Assembly (NCBI GenBank): GCA_002633005.1
Contig: NMRA01000530.1
Span: 200,072-264,071 of the forward strand
DNA: 64,000 bases
Source of the DNA: Phoronis australis
Taxonomy: Eukaryota; Animalia; Phoronida
Reading direction: 5' to 3'
Shown here: positions 51,936-64,000 of the stretch, piece by piece
Numbering within the stretch: position 1 is the stretch's first letter
Layout: each line of letters opens with the position of its first letter
The notes under the pieces: model-generated
Told to the model about the DNA's origin: nothing
What the model saw: only the letters and a program-made list of their open reading frames with translations
Databases searched by the model: none
Program-made: the position numbers and the translations under genes

Positions 51936-53439
51936 CAGGACGTAGGGTCATGCGCGCCGTATTATTCGGAAACAATGAAGTCGTCAACGTAGCATGCATT
52001 TATACCGCAATCTATCGTATCAAGTTTACGCCCCACTATACCTTCACTTACATGTACTATGCGTAGGCGATACGTTAAGATGTAAAAAGATGGTTGGCAG
52101 CGCCTATGTGCGCCTACGCCCCACTATAACAGTTACTTAACTTACGGTGCGTAGGCGCTACATGTACGTGCAAATGCCAAAAGATGGTTGGCTGCGCCGA
52201 CGTGCGCCTACCTGCCATTACAGCACTGTGTTTGAGCGTTACCAAGGTAGTGTAAACAGCAAAAAACAAATAATTTCCCCATGAACCAATTTGAAATGTA
52301 CACGCACACAAAAATACCCCAAAATGCACGAATAAAACTCACTTATTAAAAAATAACATGACCAAAAGTTGCAAAAAATCCAATGTAAACGGCGGACAAA
52401 GAGATCATTAATACAAGAACACACGTGTAAACATTAGCTGTAAAGAATTATAATGCATAATGTATAGTGTATCACTGAAAACTGCTGTACACAGATTGAC
52501 ACATTACTGAAAGCAAGCAATGTTACTAGTTCTGTGTGCAAAAGGATCCAACCGACTTTCCGTTGAAAAGGAAATTGAACAACTGAATTTTAAACTATTC
52601 TTTTATATTCGCTAACTGCGAAGCAATACCGAAGATAGTTTACAGTGAAACAATACGTTAGGTGAGATAAAAGGTCATATAGATTATGACAAACTAAACT
52701 ACTACATATATCGATAAATACGTAAGTTATATAATATGTTGAGCTGTAAAGGTGGGTCACAATCTGCCACAGATGCAGCAGGATGCATCCGCCCACCCAA
52801 TCTTTTACGCACATTTCCGATGAGCAAGCAAAGGAGGACAAAGCTACACAATCAAATCTGATTGGATGTCAATCAAAGTCAAACATCTTAGCCAGCCAAT
52901 GAGATGTAAGCACTCGGTCGTGATCAATGGTCAAGTCTGGCGCATGTACAGTAGTTGTTTTCCATTGGCTCGTCGCGCTAACTAATAATGCGACAGCATT
53001 GGCCTGACCGTCGGCTAACACTAAGTGGAAATTGAAGTTTGAAGACACGGAGATGGTTTTGATTTTCTCAATTCACTGCTAAACACGTGAATAGGAGAAA
53101 CAAAGCAACTCAATTTTTGATCTGTGGATATAAGCTGCAATTCGGGTCACATTTTTGATCATTCAATACTCGTTTCATTTTCAATTTTTGATATTCAGAG
53201 AAAATGAATTACGAAAATTTGAAAATATAAAAATGCCTCGATTTCCTGAATTTTCGAGTCGAACGAAATAGCGTACTTTGTTACCTAAAGGCTTAGAGAA
53301 ATTGACCGAAATGAGGCGTTTTACCGACTTACAGCTGCTTCAAAACATTTGTATTTTGATGCACTTATCTTTGAAAACTGTTATATAGTTATCATATGAT
53401 ACCACGAGGTACATGTACATAATAAGACCTAATATTCAT

Positions 53440-54430
53440 GATGCCAGTTATTTGATATCTCACAATTTGAATTGGCGATACGCATCCTAAGCTGTATGAC
53501 GATCTATACCACAGAACGTTGCACAAAATTCAAATCAATGTTTGTAAAAAGCATCTTTTTAAGACTTCATCATGTAAATAGTTACTTGAATTACCCAAGA
53601 TCGTTAAAACCATAATGTCTGTAAAAGGTAAGTATATAATATTTACTATCGTTGCCGTTAACATCGTTCAGGAAGGCATTTGTCTCTTAGATCACTGTAA
53701 AAAGGGGCATTCTAAATAAGGGTGAAACTTGAATCTAATGTTAGGATAAACATAATAGTGCCTCATTAATGAATGCGCTGAACATCGATGTTTTGCAACT
53801 TGAACTCTAATGAACCCTATTCATCACTGAAGGTAACTTTAAAAACATAGATTGAAAACTACAAAAAATATCATCCTCAAGACATGTATTTAGTCGTTCT
53901 TCTAGACTAAAACCTGACACCCTGATTGTTCCATACTTCAGTAAATCCGAAACAAATAACACTCTTAACCCAGCAGGTCTTGACGTTGGTTTCAACCACA
54001 TGAATTGCCATGTATAACAGTGAAAATCAACTTATTTTCATCTAATTTCAATAACTTAAGCCAATACTTGATTATTCTTGGCAATGTTATTGAAACTAAC
54101 GAATACCTGTCAAATTCACTTCTCATGACAGCACCAACTGATGACTTTAAAATGTCTTTGAAGTATCGTGCATGTACATGTACATCAATTCCTTCATTAT
54201 ACCTCAATATTTCAAAACAACTGTGTAGCATTGGTAGGATTTTACAATCAAATAAAAAGTCAACTTCAGACTTACTAGGAATGCGTCACCCATGTTTAAG
54301 AAATATGTCCGAAAGCCACGGCAACGGCAGTTTTCGAGCCATTCTGCGTAGAATTCTAGTAACCGCTGTATAAAACGATTTGATATGGCAGTTTGCCAGC
54401 AGTTTCGATATACTAAATACCCCACGCGAT
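53440..54430 (-). mobile_element. Decayed non-LTR retrotransposon (RTE-X/L2-like) post-RT region
   Basis: FKDILKSSVGAVMRSEFDRYSL...RIIKYWLKLL matches the conserved ..GELGRYPL....RIIKYWLKL block. Confidence 0.75.
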
Positions 54431-56399
54431 GTACCTTGTTCAGTATTCGAAACTCGATTTAATAACTGACCAATTGCATGTTACGCATCGAGTGAACTTA
54501 CAAACTGGTCCTGGAACCACGCTTCATGCTTGGTAGAGTTTCGTAGAGTAGATCCTGGTACTAAGTGCGCCACAATTGCTTTATTGCAACTTGGCACACA
54601 TCGTTCACGATACAGATTGCACGAGGCGTTGGTGGACTTCATGAATTTTGCCAGTTACCTTAATATGATTCATAGGTAAAATTCACTTTTTTTAAAAGAT
54701 GTGGAGTTTAGAGAACTCGAATTTTGAAAGTCACTTCTGTCGCGTAAGACAACAATTCTGTTTCATCAAATTTGAAGCAGAAAGAATTGTTTCGCCCAGG
54801 GAACGAGCTCGGGTCACTTACAGCTAAAAAATTGAGATCGACTTGATTTTTAGATTTATTATGCGTGGCACATAGAATGACAAACAGGGTGAAGCTAAAT
54901 AAGGACCCATGGTCTCAAGCAATTATAACGATACATGTATGTCAGTTCTTTCCAAGAAATGAAATCAGGGTTTTACAGTTAAAGGCGAGTCTGTAGCCAC
55001 TAAACAGCCTGTGTAGACTCTGCGAAGGGACCCAAAGAGTCCTCAGGCAAAGGAGATACCACTGAAGATATGGGAAAATCAAGAGTTTAATTTCACTTTC
55101 GTTTTAAAGTCGGATAACCAGTAGTCAATACAAGTGACAAACGTGTTGGCAAATTACCAACTTAGTGGCGCGAACTAGAATTAATTATTAAAGTAGAGAA
55201 CAGAGAGCAATGAATACGAACATTGAGGTGGAAAATGGTTGTCAAAGCAAATAACTGTGTTCGTTACTCTGAAAAAATGTTGAACAAAAGAAAGAAATTA
55301 CCTCATAGGAAGCAATTGTTTACTTTGTCTGTTACGGCTGAGCGGCAGGTAAACACTAATTTTTTATAACCATTCTTCTTACGATTGAGCTTGTAAAACC
55401 GTAAAGTCGTGTGAGTGCATTTTTCCGATTATGAAGGTCTTATTTGTTCAGACTGACGCTTTCTGAAGACCAGCTAGCATAAGTAGTCCCCAAACCTGGC
55501 AACTATTGACAGAATATAAGCTATGCAAGTCAAAGTTCTGAAAGAACTCAGACTTCAACGTTTCTCAACAATAATTTAATATTGAATTTTTATCAGAACA
55601 CTTGCAAATTAATTCACAATCGAGTCAAAATGAAAGATGGTCACAAAGAAAAATAGTATTTCTGATTCCACATGTCCAGCATTACAACAATGACATAGTC
55701 TCACCTTCTTTTGAACACCAAAAATCTTTATTTTAACAATAAGAGTGCGCCTTAGAAAATCTAAATGCATCTATAGTAACCCTTCTCTCAACTCGCAGTG
55801 CCAATAAAGGTCGAATAATAAAAATGCTGTGTAGAGCACGGCAGTAAAAACATGAATAGTGTGATGTTTTCGGAATTAGTTTTATGTAAGTGAATCATTT
55901 TAAGAATCTTTATGTACATGTACGTGTAGAGGAGCGAACCAAAAACCATCTTTGAACTTTCGTGCACTGTCATCAGTTAAAGCCATTAGAGGCGGATCCA
56001 CCATGGGGTCTTTTCGGTATTATGAGTGTGTCCTGCTATTTTGATATTCAACTACCACTTTGATTTGGATGTTTGTAAGTGTCAATGTCACAAAAGAAAT
56101 TAAGATGCAAATGATTCCAGTGCCCTTTCAACATACAACGAGAGACCGGCACATCGATTCGATCATGAACAAATCAAAGCAACCGTTTGAAATAATGCCG
56201 CGCGTGCATCAAATGACTCAAGAACATGCTGCCGGTTGATGAAATGTAAAGCAAATAGACTAATGCAAATCATAGGAACATCATATCGGACAGCGAGCAG
56301 ACGACTAATTTTGTTCATTACTCAAAGCTTATCATGAGATTCTGATCCTGCATTTGATTATATCACAACTGGAAACTGCAAACCCACTTTGACAGAGAG

Positions 56400-56670
56400 G
56401 ATATATTTTCATTTAACAAAGATATTTCAGAAGAAGTTAGTGAATCGCTTAAAAGTATGCAAAGCGGTAAAAGTCTAGGTGTAGACCAAATACCACTATT
56501 TCATAAATTTTTGATAAAGACAAAATGAAAGGTGAGCTGTGTAAATATTTTAAATGTGTACTTTCAAATGGTACTTTTCCTGAAAATTGGTTAACTTTTA
56601 CTTTTATTTAAAGTTGTTGATGAATTAAAATGTGAACATTGCAGGGGTATTTTTTCTTTTTCTAACATTA
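56400..56670 (+). mobile_element. LINE reverse-transcriptase N-terminal fragment
   Basis: NKDISEEVSESLKSMQSGKSLGVDQIP...GTFPENW...CEHCRGI corresponds to RT domains 0-1. Confidence 0.7.
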
Positions 56671-56699
56671 ACCAAAGTACAACCATCTAGAGATTATAA

Positions 56700-58050
56700 T
56701 ATTCGTATTACATTGTAAAATTCTCTAGAATTTTTGTTTTTAGTCGATCTAAACTGACGTGGGCAATTCTATAGTACGCTTTCTTACTTGTAAAATTCAG
56801 TTAAGGATTTAATACGAGCACAAAGCCAATAAAGATGGAATTAATCTTCAGATTCCTGTTTTAAAAAAGTGCATGTATCCCACTCCTTGACTAAAAGTTT
56901 ATGTGAAATTGAATTACATCTTCTGATTCTATTTGATAATCTAAATTGAAACCATTTAAGTTTTATATCAGAAGTAAAACAAAAAGATGAATTATAGAGT
57001 TTTTCCAAACACTCCTGCATTGGCGAAATGTTTTTGCCATTTAAATTCAGATTTTGTTGTTTATAGTAACCGTTACTTTTGTGAGTATAAGTTTTTTATT
57101 TGAATACTCACTAATTAATTCTGTTGAAGAATTGGGAAAATACTTTAAAGTAACAAACACAGAATTTAGGCCAAAGCAAACAAAATATCTTCATATAGAA
57201 TGAAAAAATCCAAACTAAGAGTATATAAAACATTAGTCCAACGATTTGAAAGAGTCATCAAGTATCAAAATCCTATCATCGGCATATTGCGCGAATTTGC
57301 ACATACGCTTTCCTGCTGTGCTATCCAATTTTAATTTCACTTTTTTGTAAAAATAACATGCCTAAAATTTCCCCACAAAGGGCATATAAACAGGGAGATA
57401 TTGGGTCACCTTGACGACGACCTCTTAAAATATCAAAGTTTTCCGAGGTGAACCCATGTTGTAGTACGCAGAGCATAGAACCATTATTCACAAGGCTAAC
57501 CCAATGTACAAACTCTTTAGGAAAATTTAAAAAGTATTGCGTTATATAAAAAATCCAAAACATACTGTCAGACGCTTTTTTAAAATCGGCAGACTAACAG
57601 TCCTGTAATGTTTTTTCGTAAATTCCCTTACATCATATACTAGTGGCGTATTTTCTCCAATAAAAACATTTTAAAATTCCGTTTTAGTTTTCATAAAAAG
57701 TTTAATAATTATATTATTATTCAACTGCTTAAATTTTTAAACTTAAATTGAGCAAAGATAGAGCCCTCCAATTTTTAAATACTCTCTTTGTATGCCTGGC
57801 TTAAGGATAATACCTATATCTCCTTGGTGTAACGACTACAGCAATGACTGAATCGTATTGCTAAATTAAGTGCTCGAACGAGAAAATCACTTCAAAAGAA
57901 CTTGTAGATTTCGCCTGTAAATCAGTCTAGGCCAGGAAACTTGTTGTTTTTTCATTTCTTAACAGCATTTTGAGCTTCATTGACTGTAATTTTTCCAAAT
58001 TTTCATAGTTTGATAGCCTGTCTTTGTTTTTGTAGAGCGACTGAATTTTC
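56700..58050 (-). mobile_element. Decayed L1/Tx1-type reverse transcriptase
   Basis: RGRRQGDPISPCLYALCGEIL and QYADD motifs, with many stops. Confidence 0.8.
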
Positions 58051-58280
58051 AAATTTATGCAGAAAACTAAAACACATCTCAAACAAGTGAACGATTCTGA
58101 AAAGTAAGACTGTGTCGTCTGACATACGGACATGTACTGGATAAGTTTCCTAACTTATGATCTGTCTGTCACATATACACTGATTCAGTTGTTACATTTC
58201 TTGACCATTAATTTAACATATGAGTTATGACCTAAGCAGTAAAAATTCAAATACATTTCTCTCGATGCCGTTTAGACACG

Positions 58281-58283
<3 letters not shown>

Positions 58284-58331
<48 letters not shown>
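58284..58331. repeat. (CA)n(TA)n microsatellite abutting an N gap
   Basis: Directly visible; N at 58332. Confidence 0.95.
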
Positions 58332-61229
58332 NCTCATAAATGAATGGCGTGACAAAATTAGCAAAAAAAAATCAATTGAAATGTATACAGTTAGTAAACA
58401 AAATGATCGCCAGACATTATTGTAAAAACACATGTAAATACATAATGTAATGAAATATAATCCAAAATGTACATGTGACAGTGAAACCTACCTTAAAAAG
58501 TTGGGATCATTTCTTAGTGTCTGTAGTTAAGGATACATTTAATGTTAGACAAACAAAACGAATAACGCTGTATAAGGCTACGTTGACGTTTAATAATGAG
58601 CTGTTTTATCGTGATATATCTGTTTTAAAAACACCCACTTTTGGTACACTTACCCTAAAAACCATTTTATAGTTATTTTATGATACCGATTAGAAATGTA
58701 AGTTGCGATACATATCATAAGCGTAAGGAAGAACTACACGAAGTCCACTGCAAAAACGTTATACAAACTTCAATGCTGGAAAAAGTTTGTTTCAGGGCGG
58801 TACTGATGCTTTTTTGAAAGTTCCGTAAATCTACCTTTATCACTTGGGGTCTTTGAACCGACAACGTCTTTCAACACAGTAACTACGGCGTCTCCCGGAC
58901 GTCTCTCCCGTTTAACCGATACGTGTCTCACGTTTGATCCATACGTCTCCCACGTTCACGAAAACAGCCATTCCCCGCGCTTTTCTGTGTGTGTGTATTT
59001 CGCGGAACAGTACAACGCAAACGCAATCCTCTGATACTAAATAATCTTGGCACTTTCCACTATAGTTGTGATATACTAAAAACACTCAGGCACTTTATTT
59101 CTTTACTCGAAAGTTGACCAATCGCAACACAAGCATCGGGTGAACATACAGGATGCACTCGATAATGTCACGTGATCGGTTGTTTTTTAGTATAAGTTAG
59201 ATGATTGGATCTTGGAACGCTCCTCCGCAGCTTCTCTATGTGGTGACAGTGGCTGAAGCAAGGCACTGTGTATAACGTAAGATCTTTGTGTTACACGCCA
59301 CAACGATTTTTTGGTAATTGACAGAATCTATTCATTATATATATTAACAAATACAATTTGAAAATACCTTAAGTCTATGGGACCATAGAGTTTGTCGACC
59401 ACGGAGCTGTCGACAAAAAGTACGTTTCAGAAGAAGAAAAAGAAAAGTCAGCGGTCAATTTCAGGGCTTTTTACAATTTTCCCACTGCATGTGAAAGTAG
59501 GATATCAGGGTTCATTAGACATACAGTAAAACAGGTGATGACTGACTGGCATGTTACAGACGAATCACTCGACTAGTTGTTCAAAGTGAAAGATAAACAG
59601 ACGTTTTTTTCTAAAACCCGGAGGCGTAGGGAGAATGAATTGGAAACATGATGTCAAAGAAAACACCGTTGTTGTTTCGGTAAAAGCGAACACTGAATAA
59701 CAGAAACAAATGACATCGTGTGAAAATCTTATTCGCTATGGCATGCTATGCGTTGACACACTTTGAGGATCAGCATATACATATACGTAGTCTTAAACTG
59801 ACTGGTCACAAAAGTTGGGAGACCATTTCTTTCATGTTTGTTACGAAAATACATTGTGCCATAATAAGATTTATGTTCAGAAAGCGCACGAAAGCATTAT
59901 ATATGGGAGACCATTGACTAGCAAACCGTACATCTTATTATGCATTATAGGATAAAATATTTCATCAAATTTGTAACATTTATGGCACAAAAGTCAATGT
60001 TTAAAATGGTTTAAGCTTCATTTCGAGTAGGACTTCAGTCCACATTACTGATACAAAATGTACAAAGTGTATCTAAGACAAAATTGTTTTTAAGGAACCC
60101 ATAAAAAGAATGCCTATCTGAATGCAGCTATAGTTTCCTTCCCCCCAGTTAATGATGCCATCAGAGGTAAGGCAACCAGAGGACGGGTGTTTTCGGCATA
60201 ATGAGTTTGTCCTTTTGTTTGACATCCAAATGCTAATGTGAAATAGCTTGTTTTTCATTGCTGATATTGGTAAAATGAAAGAAATTAAGACGCAATTAAT
60301 TTCCTAACTCATTAGAGAGTGAGAGTCCTCCAAATCCTATGCAAACACGTAGGAATGGGAATAGGGGACAAGTCCCCCCTCCAGGGAGGGCAGACTACCC
60401 ACTAAACTGGGACATAGGAAACGTGGAGGCCAGGAGAGGCATCCCCCAGTAATTTGCAGGAGCATGCATGTAGGTGAAACTTGCATGGTGTAGGGCGGAG
60501 CCAGGGCCAGCCAAGGAAAAACATTCAAAGCGAAACATGTGCAAAAGAGAACATTTTAGAGAACATAAATCAACTGCTAGTGTGTGTTGGATTTGACAAG
60601 ACAGAATTGTTAGGTGGGGGAGGGGCAATTTTGCATCATGTATCGTGTACCCTTGAAACCATGATCTTATTCATACATACTTCAAATGACTCCGCAAAAT
60701 CATGTTATGCACAAATTTTCTTGAACAAACTGACTGAGATATTTAAATTCAAGAAGACAATTTTAGGGCATGTTAGGCTGCATTTCTTCAATAACTCCTA
60801 ATCTAATGCTCTATTTACGTTTTTGTGCCATTTGATATAAATCTCAGCACTTGGAGGAGGCCCGTTGATGGCATTCACCTTTATTTTAAAAGGAAACAAA
60901 ACCCGGATTTGGCCTATTATCAGATACTGAAAACGACTTTCCCATCCAGTTCTCTGAAATAAAATAATCTGTAACCCTCGGTAACCCTCAAACGTTCGAA
61001 GGGAAATTTGAAAACTCCTTTCAAAGTGTGCTACTCTTTTGGCGAATTACTCGGCAACTGTGGGACAAGACCGCCCACCAAGGACCATAATGTTTAACCT
61101 GTGGCGTAGGGAGTACGAGTATTTAGTTGATTCCTGCCTTTAACTTGGAAGATTTACGTCAATGATGCAATAGCAGGTGACTGGACGAGGAATGGTTGAA
61201 AACGTCAAAACAGGGTTTATTATCCTTCT

Positions 61230-61800
61230 AATTTAAAGACCACTTACGAAGGGGGGAATGATGGTATCGGTTGTTTCTTTTCTCTTGTTTTATATTTTTT
61301 TTGTTCTTTTTAATTTCCTCCAGTTCAGATGAGCAAGGACAAAGATTTGGAATTCCCTTGCCTAACTTTACTATTCTTTTGTATAATTTATCTAAAATAA
61401 AATAAACATCCAAGCGGTGTCTTAATAAATAAAAAAACATGTAACAAGGAGTATCTAGTATAGTTTGTAATAAACAATTTCTGGAGAAGACAATCCTTTT
61501 TGTTAACATGTCCAATTCTAAAATTATTTGAATAAATGCATTTCTCGGAACAGTGATAGAAATGTAATCCTTTTTGCAATTTGTTAAATTTGGAAGTTTA
61601 CCTCTTGGGCGTTGTTTATATAAGTGAAATTTGCAAAGGCATGAAATTAAGTTTTGCACTGGGTAGTTTCAACATCTGTTGCCGGATAGAACTGTTATTA
61701 CTAGCCACAGAGATATTGTCTCTATTTCTAAACCAGTTTTACATTGCAATCAAAAAGTCTGAACAACATCAGGCTGACAATATGAATGAAGCGAAGTCCC
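61230..61800 (-). mobile_element. L1/Tx1 ORF2 C-terminal remnant
   Basis: NLISCLCKFHLYKQR...PNL resembles the terminal NL.I...K..IYK.R block of Tx1/L1 ORF2. Confidence 0.55.
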
Positions 61801-62019
61801 TGATTCCGTTCTAGAGAAAGTGCACAGGGAGGAATTACTAACACCAATTTTTGCGAGATTAAATTACAATTGACAGTTCTATGAGATAACATAAACAGAA
61901 ACCACCGACGCTTCACTTCAAGGCTAAAGTTCACATAGTAGGCATTTCCACCGATCAGAACCCTAGGTGACAAAATATACTTTGGCAATAAAAGTAAGAA
62001 AAAGACTTTTGCAAGGGTC

Positions 62020-62195
62020 TTAATTGTATAATTGTATAATTGTATAATTGTTTTGGTTATCTCAGTAGCACGTTCGTCTGTATTTATTGGCCGTGAGCGT
62101 CATTGTGAAATTGAGTAATAAATAATAATAATAATAATAATAATAATAAGAAGAAGAAGAAGAAATATAGTTATAGTAATAGTAATAGTAATAAA
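62020..62195. repeat. Simple repeats (TTGTATAA)n, (AAT)n, (AAG)n, (AGTAAT)n
   Basis: Directly visible. Confidence 0.9.
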
Positions 62196-63228
62196 ACAGT
62201 TAGTATTCAAAGACTGACCACAATATTTAGCGAAAGCTTTTTTATTTTGCTGGTCATCCAAGGTTCACACCGCTGATGAATAATCACCAGTGGATGTAAT
62301 ATTAAGTAAAATAAATGGAAACAGATGACATGTACTCCCAGAAAGCATGAATTTTTGGGCGCAGTGACTTGGACATGTATAACTATTAATTTGAACATGG
62401 TACCTTTTACCAAAGCAGAATTCAATATTTTTTGAAATAATGAAAGAAGTCTAGTGGAGACCAAGTTGTTATTTTACGGAGACTGTAGGTAAATTGTAGA
62501 AATTCAGAAGCTAAGGAATTCGTGGAACACGAAGCTGAATAATTGATGTACATACGTCATTACTTCGATTTCCTATTTTTTCTGTGCCTCAGTGTAGACA
62601 CAAGACTTTGTACCCGTTTAGGGGCTATTGATTAACCGATATCATTAATACATCTTAAATAAACACCATAGACAATTGCCACGTTACGCTATTGTTGAAA
62701 GTGAAAGAAAAACACTACATTTAACATTTTGGAAAAAAAGCTTTATTCCGGGAAAAGAAACCTGTTCAACGAAAATGAGACCGCTGGGAAAAGAAGTACC
62801 TCAAGGCGACAGTAAACTGTTGACAATGCAAGTACGTTCAATGTCCCGTATTACATGTAAAGTGTGGTCGTACCCATGCGTAAAACGGCTTGTGTAGATC
62901 TGTCAGAATTGTACTTGGCGGAAAGAATAAACCAATGCACCAGAATGAGGATGGCGATGATAACATCTTCGGTGTGCTGTCAAATATTTGACAAATAGCG
63001 TAGGCATGATAATTCTTTTGCAACACTGAATATTTTTACTGAAGTGATAATAATCATATTCATTATTGGACAACCGTGTTTTTAGATTTGTTATTCAGGG
63101 GAAATAATCTGACAAGGTAATTCAATGCAAGAGCGCCACCTTGCATACGGTATTGATTCCCTTGGTGACTATGTTTTCTGTCCCTTTTCCTGTTTACGTG
63201 AGATTACGTGCACTTCAGACAGGCGCTT

Positions 63229-64000
63229 ATAAGTAAGTAAAGTAAGTAAGTAAGTAATTTTTATTATAGTGACATGTGTTCAAATGAATTTAAACAATGA
63301 ATACGCTACAAAGACTAGGAACACCCAGCCCTCCACGGGACTTATAAGTCACTTTAGATACATGATACAAAAAAGAAAATACAAGAGTACACGCATTGCA
63401 AGAGGACCAGAAATCGAAGAATGAGATAAAAGTGATCATTAATAAATATAATTTTTCCTTACTTCAAAAATATTTTTGATGAAAACTGAAGTTTTTCTAA
63501 TAACACCTTTTTGCATGATTGTAATTAATTTACTTTCACAGCTTTTTGCACGGAATCGTGGATGTTTAATCTCAACTTGACAGTAAAAGGTGTTTCTGGC
63601 ATCTAAGAAAAACGGACACTCAAACAGAAAATGTAGTTCAGTTTCGACCTGACCAGTGTGACAAAGACAGCGAATTCTGTCATCAAAATCTAAAGAACGA
63701 AAACGCCCAACCTCAACCAATAGCAGTAGGGCTCCGGTTCCAATTTGAGCAAGAATTGACCTACTAGGCCGAGTTAAGTCTAGAAGCACGTAAGGCTTAA
63801 CTTCAAACACATTCGTAAGTTATGAAAACAATCCGGAATCCCTAATTCTTCAAAAATGCTCAAAACTTCAGAAGACCAATTATTAGTACAAGTAGTGTAG
63901 TCCCACGAAAATATTCGGTATGTTAGTCTATCATCCTCGAAATTAATAATGCGATTCCACATCCTCAAAAGCTCAATTTTCCGCCTAATACTGGGGAATT
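63229..64000 (-). mobile_element. 3' end of an RTE-X/L2-like LINE with AATAAA and a (TTAC)n tail; continues beyond the window
   Basis: RMWNRII...RIFSWD...NW and RSILAQIGTGALLLLVEVGRF...CLCHTGQVETELHFLFECP. Microsatellite tail at 63229-63256. Confidence 0.85.

Noticed and set aside
58830-59230. Candidate promoter or first exon (CCAAT, CACGTG, CpG-rich, minus-strand donor near 58833) for the TPR gene
   Set aside because: Short motifs only; cannot be supported without transcript data.

Overview
AT-rich, intron- and transposon-rich eukaryotic DNA, most consistent with a marine invertebrate (taxon is inference only), with several single-N scaffold gaps. Two host genes are supported, both on the minus strand, and both are only visible after splicing. 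(1) A two-coding-exon, ~287-aa secreted AID/APOBEC-like (SNAD-type) zinc deaminase. Its HAE motif (exon 9560-9945) and SPCxxC motif (exon 1833-2310) are separated by a 7.25-kb TE-filled intron. The protein also has a signal peptide, a polybasic furin-like site and a C-terminal hydrophobic anchor. (2) A multi-exon gene of at least ~2330 aa (exons from 47010 down to 26033, all junctions phase 1). It joins a low-complexity duplicated region, a TRADD-N-like domain and a coiled coil to a catalytically degenerate GlnD/DUF294-like nucleotidyltransferase module and ~27 TPRs. Between them lies an intronless, frameshifted AMSH/STAMBP-like JAMM deubiquitinase pseudogene. The rest is decayed hAT, Sola3-like, THAP/Kolobok-type, Helentron/DINE-like, Penelope (with hammerhead-ribozyme relics), RTE-X/L2-like and L1/Tx1 elements, tRNA-derived SINEs and microsatellites. 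All calls were made by eye without database searches.
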